Source of the DNA: Terrimicrobiaceae bacterium
GTDB taxonomy: Bacteria; Verrucomicrobiota; Verrucomicrobiia; Chthoniobacterales; Terrimicrobiaceae
Direction of reading: 5' to 3'
NCBI GenBank assembly: GCA_044344595.1
Contig: JBIJCR010000003.1
Location: 5,960 to 69,959 of the forward strand
Length of the DNA stretch: 64,000 nt
Below, piece after piece: positions 56,156-64,000 of the stretch. The notes beneath the pieces were generated by a model that searched no databases, was not told the origin of the DNA, and worked only from the letters and a program-made list of their open reading frames with translations. The position numbers were made by a program, and so were the translations under genes. Position 1 is the stretch's first letter, and each line of letters opens with the position of its first letter.

Positions 56156-57976
56156 ATGATCGGGCTCTTAAAAATACGAAAAAGCTCCCTGGAAGCTCCC
56201 CACATTTTGTGGTCCATCATGATTGCGTGCTTGTTTTTATTTTTCCCGCTTTCAAGCCGTGCAGAGAAAATAAACAAAGAGGAAACTATGATACGCCCTC
56301 CCATGCCGGAGTCGATTGGGGTCGTGGCCTACATAGGCACGAAAACCGAGATCGACCTGCGCGTGGCTGGAAGAATTCAAGAGCCGTTGAAAATTCTTAT
56401 CCGGAAAAAACCACGAAGCGGCACGCTCAGCGATCCCGTTCGTATCAATCAAAATACTTTCAGGGTTGTTTATTCCGCACCTGTAGGCGCGTTTGAGGGT
56501 GAGGATTTTTTCGCTTATGCGGCCCAGTCGGTTGATTCGCCTGTTTCCCACTCCGCGCAAGTTCAAATTTCTATCAAACAAAGACCCGCTCAACTCGAGT
56601 TTCCAAGCTCACTGGATTTTGGAATTGTTCCTGTCGGGGATACTCGTGAAATGCAGGTCGACGTACGTAATTCCGGCGGTAAGACCGTGCATTTTAGTCC
56701 AACTTTGAGTCAGCCTTGGGGGCTCGTTGATCCGGCTCCCATTTCCATTTCTGGTGGTGAAACAAAAAAAATACGCATCGCATTTTCTCCGGTTTCTTCG
56801 GGCGTCTTTGCCGACAAGTGCACTATCGATGCCGATTCCAAGGGGGCGATATCTTTGCGCGGAGCCTCTGAGAATCCACTCCAGTGGCCCGCCGAAGCGA
56901 TTCTTTTCACCTCAAAAAAACGGGATAACCCCGAAGCGAGTGTCTTGTTCACCAATCTGACCGACGCACCTCGCAATCTTCTTTTTCAGTGGCCGGACTT
57001 TTTGCACGCCCCCTCGCACATTACGATTGATGCCGGATCCTCCATGGAAATACCGATCCATCTGAAAGCCAGCCCTGCCTTCTCCTGGGACGGGTCGGTT
57101 CCCTTATCAAGCGGAAAATTTGAGGGATCGCTCGCCGTCGTTGTTGAGGCAGCTCCGCCCCGTATCGAGTTGGATCAGTCCACTCCTCGGGATCTTGGTG
57201 AAGTGCCATTCGGGACTTCCGCAAATACAACATTCGTTGTGAGAAATTCTGGCGGTCGTGCCGTCCGGTTGAGCATGGATGTTCCAAAAGGAATCAAAGT
57301 GACGCCCTCCCCTTCAGGCCTGCTTCTTGAGCCTGGCAAGGTACTGACTCTTGAGGCGGTCGTGACGCCACCTCAAGTGGGCACTTTTGATTTCCAGTTG
57401 CCAGTGAGGTACGACTCTGACTCTGAGTGGCTCGGCGCGTTTGCTGTACGAGTTTCCGCACGCGCCGCACAGCCTGTCGAGAGTTTACTGGCGATTCCAG
57501 CGACGTCCAATGTTCCAAGGGAGCAAGTCTCGCCTTTCGCCGATATTCCGCCCATTCAAGAATGCTTCCTTCTCGAATCCACCGAGCACAGCGTTACTAT
57601 TTCTTGGAAACTCACATCGCCTGATACTAAGAGCTTCATTATTGAACGCCGGGAGATCAAGCGCGAAGAGGGAGGAGAGGTTAAGACGGTATGGAAACGA
57701 TGGGAGGGTGCGGATATCAAAATCTCCGGCGATTCCGCCATAGCTCATTTACGCAAGCTGCGACCCGGCACATTCTGGAGCATCCGGATCATCGGGATTG
57801 ATTCCAAAGGCCAAGCGGGAGAACCGCCCACCTCATTCTTACGGATTGAGACCAAGCCACGCGGCCCGCTCCTTCCATCATGGGCTTGGATTGCTCTGGC
57901 TTTAACATGCGGGGGCGCACTAGTGTGGTTTTTGAAAAATAAAGTCAGCTTTGGAAGGAATGATATTACGCGATAG
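56156..57976 (+). CDS. Membrane-anchored protein with ASH/PapD-like Ig folds and an FN3 domain
   Basis: ATG 56156; the track starts at TTG 56144. Hydrophobic N-terminus (ILWSIMIACLFLFFPLSS). Repeated FG.VPVG....V.NSGG units. FN3-like segment (SVTISWKL...RPGTFWSIRIIGIDSKG). C-terminal TM (WAWIALALTCGGALVWFL). Confidence 0.75.
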   Translation: MIGLLKIRKSSLEAPHILWSIMIACLFLFFPLSSRAEKINKEETMIRPPMPESIGVVAYIGTKTEIDLRVAGRIQEPLKILIRKKPRSGTLSDPVRINQNTFRVVYSAPVGAFEGEDFFAYAAQSVDSPVSHSAQVQISIKQRPAQLEFPSSLDFGIVPVGDTREMQVDVRNSGGKTVHFSPTLSQPWGLVDPAPISISGGETKKIRIAFSPVSSGVFADKCTIDADSKGAISLRGASENPLQWPAEAILFTSKKRDNPEASVLFTNLTDAPRNLLFQWPDFLHAPSHITIDAGSSMEIPIHLKASPAFSWDGSVPLSSGKFEGSLAVVVEAAPPRIELDQSTPRDLGEVPFGTSANTTFVVRNSGGRAVRLSMDVPKGIKVTPSPSGLLLEPGKVLTLEAVVTPPQVGTFDFQLPVRYDSDSEWLGAFAVRVSARAAQPVESLLAIPATSNVPREQVSPFADIPPIQECFLLESTEHSVTISWKLTSPDTKSFIIERREIKREEGGEVKTVWKRWEGADIKISGDSAIAHLRKLRPGTFWSIRIIGIDSKGQAGEPPTSFLRIETKPRGPLLPSWAWIALALTCGGALVWFLKNKVSFGRNDITR

Positions 57977-58004
57977 TACCAACCTAAAAAAATTAAAATA
58001 TTTC

Positions 58005-58033
58005 TTGACCAACATGCGTCGGTTTGATTTTAT
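58005..58033 (+). promoter_or_regulatory. Candidate promoter giving a (near-)leaderless transcript for 58040..58705
   Basis: TTGACC (58005-58010), a 17-nt spacer, then TTTTAT (58028-58033), then only 6 nt before the ATG at 58040. There is no SD motif. Confidence 0.3.
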
Positions 58034-58039
58034 CACTCC

Positions 58040-58705
58040 ATGAAATTCATTCTCCTCATAACCACATTCGCACTTCTGGCCTCTGAATCCTATGCAGGAA
58101 ATTTTGGTCCAGCACCATTCCGCAATGGATCTCCGCTTGTTACGGGTGTGGATGGAACTTACCAAGCCACTGCAAGGTCTCAGAATGTGACCGGCATTTT
58201 TAGATTTGCCTACTCCGGTGGCACTCAGTCATCAAATCCGCGTCAAAATTCGTGGGTATTTTTTGTGAATGGACAGGTAGTCAACGGTTCAGTTGAAGCG
58301 GCTTTGGATGATTCCAGTTTGTCTGGAACCCTGGATAGCGCAGCAACCAGCGTTCCTAGAGATTCTAATGGTGCTGTCGTTCTGCCTCTCTTTATTTTTA
58401 GTGGTGGTAATTCAGGTTCAGGTTCATTTCAAGGCAAGCTCAACTCGAAGTCTGCGAACGGAGCTTTCAGTGGAACTGGTGAGCTTAGTCCAACCCCTGC
58501 ATCGACCAATCAAATCACCGTCCTTTCTCAAAATCGTTCAGATGGGCAGAATGGCACAAATGCAGGTACTGTTTTTGTAACTACTACCACCTACACCAAT
58601 GCCGGTGGTACATTGCCCCCAGTCTCGTTCAAATTCCGTGGTGTTCGCACCTCTACCTCCGCTAACGGAGCGGGATCTACCTCTACAAACTCTCCTTCAA
58701 ACTAA
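58040..58705 (+). CDS. Secreted Ser/Thr/Gly/Asn-rich hypothetical protein
   Basis: 221 aa. Signal peptide MKFILLITTFALLASESYAG. Low-complexity S/T/G/N composition with no recognised motif. Confidence 0.65.
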   Translation: MKFILLITTFALLASESYAGNFGPAPFRNGSPLVTGVDGTYQATARSQNVTGIFRFAYSGGTQSSNPRQNSWVFFVNGQVVNGSVEAALDDSSLSGTLDSAATSVPRDSNGAVVLPLFIFSGGNSGSGSFQGKLNSKSANGAFSGTGELSPTPASTNQITVLSQNRSDGQNGTNAGTVFVTTTTYTNAGGTLPPVSFKFRGVRTSTSANGAGSTSTNSPSN

Positions 58706-58712
58706 CGATTCC

Positions 58713-59255
58713 TTGCTGTCGCGCGGAAAATCTTTGAAAGCTCCGCTTCACTCGGATTCGGGGATGACAATTCTGGAAATAGCTGCCGTGGTGGCTATTT
58801 TCGGTATCCTGGCAGTTCTCTTCTTTGTGGTGAGCGACCGCCTGCCCATGCGCGCCGAATCGGCTAAATGCATGGCAAACATGCGTTCGATCCAAGTCGG
58901 TCTTGCCGCTTATCTTACAGATAAAGGTAATTGGCCGCAAGAGCCCGTAGACCAGCTTGGCAACAATGAAGACGCCTATGAAGACTGGTGGATTGCTGAG
59001 ATGAAGCCTTATGGTGTCAACGAAGCGGACTGGATGTGTCCCACAATCAAGCGCTTAGTCACAAGGAAAAGCCCGAATGGCCGTCCCAAGGTGCATTACA
59101 CACCTACGATGTTTGACAATCATCCTTCCACGCCATATCGCTGGTCCACTCAGCCTTGGCTCATCGAAATCGGAAACATGCACGGTCAAGGTGCCCTCAT
59201 ATGCTATCCTGACGGTTCGATCAAGCCAATGGACGAGGTTGTTGGCTCTAATTGA
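58713..59255 (+). CDS. Pseudopilin-like protein: prepilin-type N-terminal cleavage/methylation motif plus C-terminal H-X9-DG motif
   Basis: G|MTILEIAAVVAIFGILAVL has Glu at +5 after the putative cleavage Gly. The C-terminal HGQGALICYPDG is exactly H-X9-DG. The start is uncertain: in-frame TTG 58713 avoids overlap with the upstream gene, while ATG 58764 would remove the leader peptide. Confidence 0.78.
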   Translation: MLSRGKSLKAPLHSDSGMTILEIAAVVAIFGILAVLFFVVSDRLPMRAESAKCMANMRSIQVGLAAYLTDKGNWPQEPVDQLGNNEDAYEDWWIAEMKPYGVNEADWMCPTIKRLVTRKSPNGRPKVHYTPTMFDNHPSTPYRWSTQPWLIEIGNMHGQGALICYPDGSIKPMDEVVGSN

Positions 59256-59425
59256 GATCGCCCAATAGGACTCCAATCATTCCGTCTTCATTGGTGGAAT
59301 TGATAGCCTGCCGCGTGGCTGAGTATTATGTTCAAAATACTCATTTGCTTGAATTTCTCTATTTTTTATCAACTGGATTCCTTGAAATTATAGCCCGCAG
59401 GAGTCGGAGTCCATGTCTTGTTAAA

Positions 59426-59589
59426 CCCGAATACAGCAGAATTAACCACAGAGCGCACAGAGAACACAGAGGATGATCTGTTTATGATGCGATGGGTTTG
59501 AAATGATTTGTGCGATATCAAACAAAAGCCAAAGCCTTTTCTGTAAAATCTCTCCATACTGCCCTCCTGTCTAAAAATCCGTTTTCGAG
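59426..59589 (-). mobile_element. 164-bp MITE-like element, copy D
   Basis: Flanked by identical TTAAA (forward strand) at 59421-59425 and 59590-59594. It has about 8 mismatches to copy C, all in the SD/ATG-proximal third. Confidence 0.6.
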
Positions 59590-59637
59590 TTAAATACCAT
59601 TCCCGAGGACTTGAGGCAGTGGGCCAGCCTGACGGAC

Positions 59638-60123
59638 TCACCCTACTACAGCAACAAGCCATTCTTGCAAGCTACCGTAGATGCCCATTCGCATAAGGGC
59701 GAATTCTCGTGGATCGTCTAGATCTCGCGGTGCGCGGCTGAGATCGGCGTCGGCGAATTGGTGAATCTCAGCCAGTGCGAGGCGGGCTTGATTCAGTGCG
59801 TTGAGCCAGAGATCGATGTGTTTACGCGGAATGGTGAATTTCAGTGATCCATCGGGATTGCGCTGCGCACTACGGAGGTCGGCAGCGACGGATTCTCGCG
59901 CGGCGAGGAAGCTATCGTGCAGGTCCGTTTCGACGAGGGATTTCCAATCATCCAAAAGATCCACTTCCTCCACATCTTCCGAGGGCTGAGGAAAAAGACG
60001 CGACTCGACCAATGGATCGCCCGACTCCACCGGCTCCCGAATCGAGCAGAGTATCTGGTAAAAAGAATCTTCCACCTGATCAAAAAAAACCGAGCCGTTT
60101 GGGAGTATTTGAATTTTAATCAT
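59638..60123 (-). CDS. Acidic hypothetical protein downstream of clpS (possibly DUF2017-like)
   Basis: 161 aa and rich in D/E. Its position after clpS recalls the clpS-DUF2017 pairing I remember from Actinobacteria. I did not verify homology. Confidence 0.6.
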   Translation of the reverse strand: MIKIQILPNGSVFFDQVEDSFYQILCSIREPVESGDPLVESRLFPQPSEDVEEVDLLDDWKSLVETDLHDSFLAARESVAADLRSAQRNPDGSLKFTIPRKHIDLWLNALNQARLALAEIHQFADADLSRAPRDLDDPREFALMRMGIYGSLQEWLVAVVG

Positions 60124-60505
60124 TTTCGGATTTTGGACAGAATTAACAGAATTCTAAAATTAAGCACAACCGAGCGAAGTGAGATAGAGCGCTGAAGGCG
60201 GCCCCGGAGGGGTGAGTGAAACGAATCAAAGGACACAGAGGACACAGAGAATGTGAGTTGGTTGCACTTTCAAAAGCCTTCAATGTTTCTTCAATATACC
60301 TCTCCTAAAAATTCCTGTTAATCCTTTAAATTGATTCACTGCGCCTACCACTTGGGTTGTCTACAGCAGTCTTTTTCGCGCAGCTTCGATTCTGTCATCT
60401 TGTATAAAAATCCGTTTTCAGAATTAGCAGGATGGAGGTCTGTGTATTCAACCCTACTTCATCTTCCTCCTCCGTGTTCTCTGTGTCCTCTGTGGTCAAA
60501 ATTTT
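60124..60505. repeat. Degenerate, rearranged relatives of the 164-bp element, including an 18-bp long-range inverted repeat
   Basis: cggattttggacag (60127-60140) resembles the element's left end. cacagaggacacagagaa (60234-60251) is the exact reverse complement of ttctctgtgtcctctgtg (60477-60494). aaaatccgttttc and gcaggatggagg occur at 60407-60437. Confidence 0.45.
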
Positions 60506-60531
60506 GTATTTAAACCTCTAAAACCTCGCTG

Positions 60532-60822
60532 TTACGGTTTCGGTGCTTTTTCGAGGGTGGCGAGGAGGAGGTGGGCGTGGAGTTGTTGGACATAGAGCTC
60601 GGCTTGTTCGCGGGAGCCGGACCACACCATGGAGCGGCCTTTGTTGTGGACTTCGAGCATGTGGCGCTCGGCTTTTTGTTTCGAAAAACCAAGGACGCGG
60701 CGGAAGATGAGCGTGACATAGCTCATGAGATTCACTGGGTCGTTGTGGACGATGACCGACCAGATGGAGTCGAGGTCCGATTTGTCTTTCGCTTGGGTGT
60801 CGGGTGTTTCCAGTGAGGCCAT
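60532..60822 (-). CDS. clpS: ATP-dependent Clp protease adaptor ClpS
   Basis: From ATG 60822 (MASLETPD...). Core WSVIVHNDPVNLMSYVTLIFRRVLGF...AERHMLEVHNKGRSMVWSG...LLATLEKA matches the ClpS fold motifs. The track ORF extends to 60897. Confidence 0.9.
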   Translation of the reverse strand: MASLETPDTQAKDKSDLDSIWSVIVHNDPVNLMSYVTLIFRRVLGFSKQKAERHMLEVHNKGRSMVWSGSREQAELYVQQLHAHLLLATLEKAPKP

Positions 60823-60827
60823 GGTTT

Positions 60828-61391
60828 TCAGGCGGCTCGGAAGATGGAGGGTTCGCATGCAGGAACGGCATCCAAGCAGTCGTCGACGAAGCTCCAAAGT
60901 TCATCGACGCGTGCGGTGCGCATTTCGGCAAAGACGAGGCCGGCGAGGATGATGTCTTTCGGAAAGTGGAAAATGGATGCGCGGGCTGCAAAGACCGCCG
61001 TCATGTGGCCGGGAGACTCACCCCGGTCGATGGCGCGCAGAAATTTCTCCAGGCCCTGCTCACCAGCGGGCGCATGCATGGATGCGGCGATGATGCGACC
61101 CGCGGCGCGGCTGCTCTTGGCGAGTGGCCCCGCGAGCTTGGCATCGAGGGCGGCATCCGCTGCGGCCATTTCGCGGAATCCCTGTTTTCCAGCCGACCAG
61201 GCGGCTCCCACAGCGGGAACGAGCACGGGAACGAAAACGGCATCCCTCCACTGCCTGCGCTGGCTTTCGTTTGCCGCCTGCCCGTCAAAAGTGATGAGCC
61301 CAAGAGTCGCCAAGTCGGGCGCGCAAAGGCGCACGAGGCGGAAAATTTCCGCTCTCATGTCAAGGAGTGCTTGATCGCCCGCTGGCTTCAT
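60828..61391 (-). CDS. Hypothetical protein
   Basis: 187-aa Ala-rich ORF. Its stop lies 5 nt before the clpS start, on the same strand as the flanking genes. No motif recognised. Confidence 0.55.
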   Translation of the reverse strand: MKPAGDQALLDMRAEIFRLVRLCAPDLATLGLITFDGQAANESQRRQWRDAVFVPVLVPAVGAAWSAGKQGFREMAAADAALDAKLAGPLAKSSRAAGRIIAASMHAPAGEQGLEKFLRAIDRGESPGHMTAVFAARASIFHFPKDIILAGLVFAEMRTARVDELWSFVDDCLDAVPACEPSIFRAA

Positions 61392-61463
61392 TCTCCGAAT
61401 CTATCACTTTGTTGGACCCGTGCAGAAAGAAAAAAAGGAAGACAAATCGCAGCCAGGACAGCC

Positions 61464-62357
61464 TCAGAGCAAAGCCCACACGGTCGCAGACGGGGCATTG
61501 CCGAACAAATCCGCAGGCGTCGGGATTTGATGGAACTTCGTTTTCGAGGGAAGAATGCCTCTGGCGCATTCGATCAGCGCGGCTTCGTCCCACGCGGTGA
61601 AATTTGTCGAAAGCAGAATCGCCCCACCCGGCGCACTGAGTTGGTGTGCGCACTCCAGCAGGGCGGGAAAGTCGCGCTCGAAGCGGAAGGTCTTGCCCGC
61701 GCCGCTGCGTCCGAATGTGGGCGGGTCGAGAATGATCGCATCAAATGCCTCGCCGCGTTTGATCAGGCGGCGGAGGAAGGTGGGGGCATCCTCGGGAATG
61801 AAGCGGTGGCCTTCCGATGGAATCCGGTTCAGTTCAAAATTCCGTCGGCCCCTTTGCAGGGAAGATTTGGAAACATCCACGCTGACCGTTTCCGCCCCAA
61901 CGCTGGCTGCCGTAACAGAGAAAGCGCAGGTGTAGGCGAAGGTATTCAGCACGCGCCGGGGTCTGCGTTCCCTTAAAAAAAGACGGTTCAAGCGCTGGTC
62001 TGGAAAAAGCCCAGGCGAGTAGCTGGCGCTGAAGTCCAGCTCGTAGAGAAGTCCGCTCTCGCTCACCGTTTCAAGCGGCGAGGATTGAATATCGCCACTG
62101 AGCAGAACCGGCGTGTGCTTCTCAACGGGATTTCTGACGAGATGCCGCACAAAGACGCGCTTGGGATTCCAGCCTGTCTGGGCAATCGAGGCGGCGAGCG
62201 TCTTGGCATCAGCACCTGGCCGCAACGAGATCAGCGCCGTGTCAGCAAAGCGCTCGATCCAAAAACCGTGGCCTGATGCGATACGAAAGGCATTGGTCCC
62301 CTCTGCGAGCAAGTTGCCTGCGAGCTGCTGCGAGATCCAATTTCCCGCAGCGCTCAT
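61464..62357 (-). CDS. Class I SAM-dependent methyltransferase (RlmI/PF10672-like)
   Basis: VLNTFAYTCAFSVTAASVGAETVSVDVS (SAM-binding motif I region) and FDAIILDPPTFG (motif IV). ATGA overlap with the upstream M48 gene. Confidence 0.82.
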   Translation of the reverse strand: MSAAGNWISQQLAGNLLAEGTNAFRIASGHGFWIERFADTALISLRPGADAKTLAASIAQTGWNPKRVFVRHLVRNPVEKHTPVLLSGDIQSSPLETVSESGLLYELDFSASYSPGLFPDQRLNRLFLRERRPRRVLNTFAYTCAFSVTAASVGAETVSVDVSKSSLQRGRRNFELNRIPSEGHRFIPEDAPTFLRRLIKRGEAFDAIILDPPTFGRSGAGKTFRFERDFPALLECAHQLSAPGGAILLSTNFTAWDEAALIECARGILPSKTKFHQIPTPADLFGNAPSATVWALL

Positions 62358-64000
62358 GCGGTCGGAACGAAGGGCGGGATGGGGCAGTCCACCGTATCGG
62401 CGACAGCACGGAGCAGCTCAAACTGCGCGTCGTTGACGGTGCCATCGTGAACGACTGCGGCCGAGCACGCGGTCAGGATGGTTTTTTTAACGGAAAGCGA
62501 AGCCGTGGCGATGTCCTCCAGGGCGCGGTCGAAATCCTTCAAATTCACACTCGATTGACGGGCGAGGGGAAAGGCTGAAGCTGATTTGCCGAGTCTGGCA
62601 ACTCCAGCCTGAAAGGCGTCATTCAGCGCTGCGGAATCGCCATGATCCGCATTCGCAATTGCTGAAAGCAGGATGCCGGTATCAGGCAGCAAAGGAACCA
62701 GCGAGTGATGCTGGATGCGGCCGGGCCTGGCTCTGGTGAAGGTTGCGTCCAGATGGCGGAGCAGGAGCTTTTGTAGTGTGTATTCGAAGAGGTGGATTTG
62801 CCCGTCTGCTTCGATGAGTTGGCGCACCTGTGCGCTGAAGTTGCTGTATTGCTGGGGCGATAGACCCCGAAGCACGGGAATCGCCAGATCGACGAGGCTT
62901 ATGCGTTGCGCCGAGCTGAGTTGGCTGCGGCGGTCGACCATATCTCCGATTTCCTTTCGCAAGGCGGCATCGAACTCGAGGGCTGTCAGTTGGGATTGTC
63001 TAACCGATTCGTCCTCCGAGAGCAGGAGCGCAAAAATCAAGGCGCAGGCACTGTGGATCTCCCGCATTGCTGGTCTTGAAAACTCGGGTAACCCGGCAAG
63101 CAGTGATGTTGCCGCTGCCAGTTGTGCGTCGCCTGAAAAACTCGGCCCGGCCGAGGCAAACGGCGGCGTGGTGGTTGATGCTTCCTGAGGATCAAAGTTC
63201 GGCGCAATCTCAGCGATGCGTTGCTGGATTGGTGGATGTGTCGCAAAGAGTCCAAACCACGCCTCGGCCATTCCATTTCCAAAAAACATGTGGCTGGCCT
63301 CCTGCGCCTTCGGATGCTCCAAGCGCGACGAGTGCGAGGCGATCTTCGAAAGCGCGCCGGCAAGGCCGCTCGGATTGCGTGTGTATTGAACCGCTGAGGC
63401 ATCAGCCAGAAACTCCCGCTGCCGGCTCACAGCAGCCTTGATGAGCTTGCCAAAGAAAACTCCAATCCAGCCCACAACGTAGAGCACGAGACCACTCGCG
63501 ATGAGTGCTGCCACAATCGATCCGCCGTTTTTGTCGTTGCTCGAGCGAGGACGGCTTGTGAGCGCGAGGCGCATGAGCACACCGCCGAGCAATGCCAGGA
63601 AGAGGATGCCGTTCAACAAGCCCATGAGGCGAATGTTAAGCCGCATGTCGCCATTCAGGATGTGGCTGAACTCATGGCCGATCACACCTTGGAGCTCGTC
63701 GCGCGTCAGGCGCTCGATGCACCCGCGAGTCACTCCCACAGCCGCATCCGCCGTGCCGTAGCCTGCCGCAAAAGCATTGATTGCCTCCTCCTCGAGCACA
63801 TACACCTGTGGCACAGGCACGCCCGAGGCCAGCGACATCTCCTCCACCACATTCAAAAGGCGACGCTCACCGGCATCCGTGGTCGAGGGATTCACTGGAA
63901 AGCCCCCAAGCATTTCGGCGACGGCTTTTCCTCCCTTCGACAGCTCCGCAATTTTGACCAAGCTCCCGATCACCACCGACACCAGAACGCCTGCCGCCGT
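62354..64000 (-). CDS. M48-family zinc metallopeptidase (HtpX-like) with long C-terminal domain; 5' end beyond the window
   Basis: HEFSHILNGD zinc motif (about 63660-63680) followed by TM segments. The frame is still open at position 64000, so the 63982 start in the track is probably not the true start. Confidence 0.82.
   Translation of the reverse strand, partial: TAAGVLVSVVIGSLVKIAELSKGGKAVAEMLGGFPVNPSTTDAGERRLLNVVEEMSLASGVPVPQVYVLEEEAINAFAAGYGTADAAVGVTRGCIERLTRDELQGVIGHEFSHILNGDMRLNIRLMGLLNGILFLALLGGVLMRLALTSRPRSSNDKNGGSIVAALIASGLVLYVVGWIGVFFGKLIKAAVSRQREFLADASAVQYTRNPSGLAGALSKIASHSSRLEHPKAQEASHMFFGNGMAEAWFGLFATHPPIQQRIAEIAPNFDPQEASTTTPPFASAGPSFSGDAQLAAATSLLAGLPEFSRPAMREIHSACALIFALLLSEDESVRQSQLTALEFDAALRKEIGDMVDRRSQLSSAQRISLVDLAIPVLRGLSPQQYSNFSAQVRQLIEADGQIHLFEYTLQKLLLRHLDATFTRARPGRIQHHSLVPLLPDTGILLSAIANADHGDSAALNDAFQAGVARLGKSASAFPLARQSSVNLKDFDRALEDIATASLSVKKTILTACSAAVVHDGTVNDAQFELLRAVADTVDCPIPPFVPTA

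Noticed and set aside
59321-59342. AT-rich hairpin gagtatt-atgttcaa-aatactc after the pseudopilin-like gene.
   Set aside because: The 7-bp A/T-rich stem would be weak and the downstream T-run is interrupted. It is only a marginal candidate for an intrinsic terminator.
60828-61391. Possible UreF-like identity of the 187-aa protein upstream of clpS.
   Set aside because: This was only a vague compositional resemblance. There are no urease genes nearby and no motif I can name, so I kept it as hypothetical.

Overview
High-GC bacterial chromosome segment. It looks Verrucomicrobiota/Opitutales-like; this is inferred from an H-X9-DG pseudopilin, a sulfatase-rich CAZyme array and giant Calx-beta/PPC-domain surface proteins. 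Layout, left to right: (1) A partial FAD oxidoreductase, divergent from two giant secreted proteins: a 2873-aa S8 subtilase and a ~1640-aa beta-helix glycosidase with 5 Calx-beta domains. (2) A ~34-kb run of about 20 tightly packed minus-strand genes (15.3-49.3 kb). It encodes GH1, GH31, a GH63-like enzyme, GH95, GH38, four Cys-type sulfatases, a 2-hydroxyacid dehydrogenase, two SASA-type esterases, two large secreted propeller proteins and two paralogs of an unrecognised family. Nearly all the enzymes lack signal peptides. (3) An addB/addA-like helicase-nuclease pair. (4) A three-gene surface/pseudopilin cassette. (5) A clpS-containing minus-strand operon (M48 peptidase, SAM methyltransferase, hypothetical, clpS, acidic protein). 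The most unusual signal is a 164-bp MITE-like element family. It has four full copies with imperfect terminal inverted repeats, copy-specific 5-bp flanking duplications, an internal SD+ATG frame and a triple CTCTGTG motif, plus rearranged relatives inside the clpS operon. The window also holds several gene relics: an FAD oxidoreductase with an in-frame TAA, a 42-codon sulfatase stub, a LamG-protein tail and an lhgO-like fragment. No rRNA, tRNA or CRISPR array was seen. All homology calls are from motif recognition by eye, not database searches.
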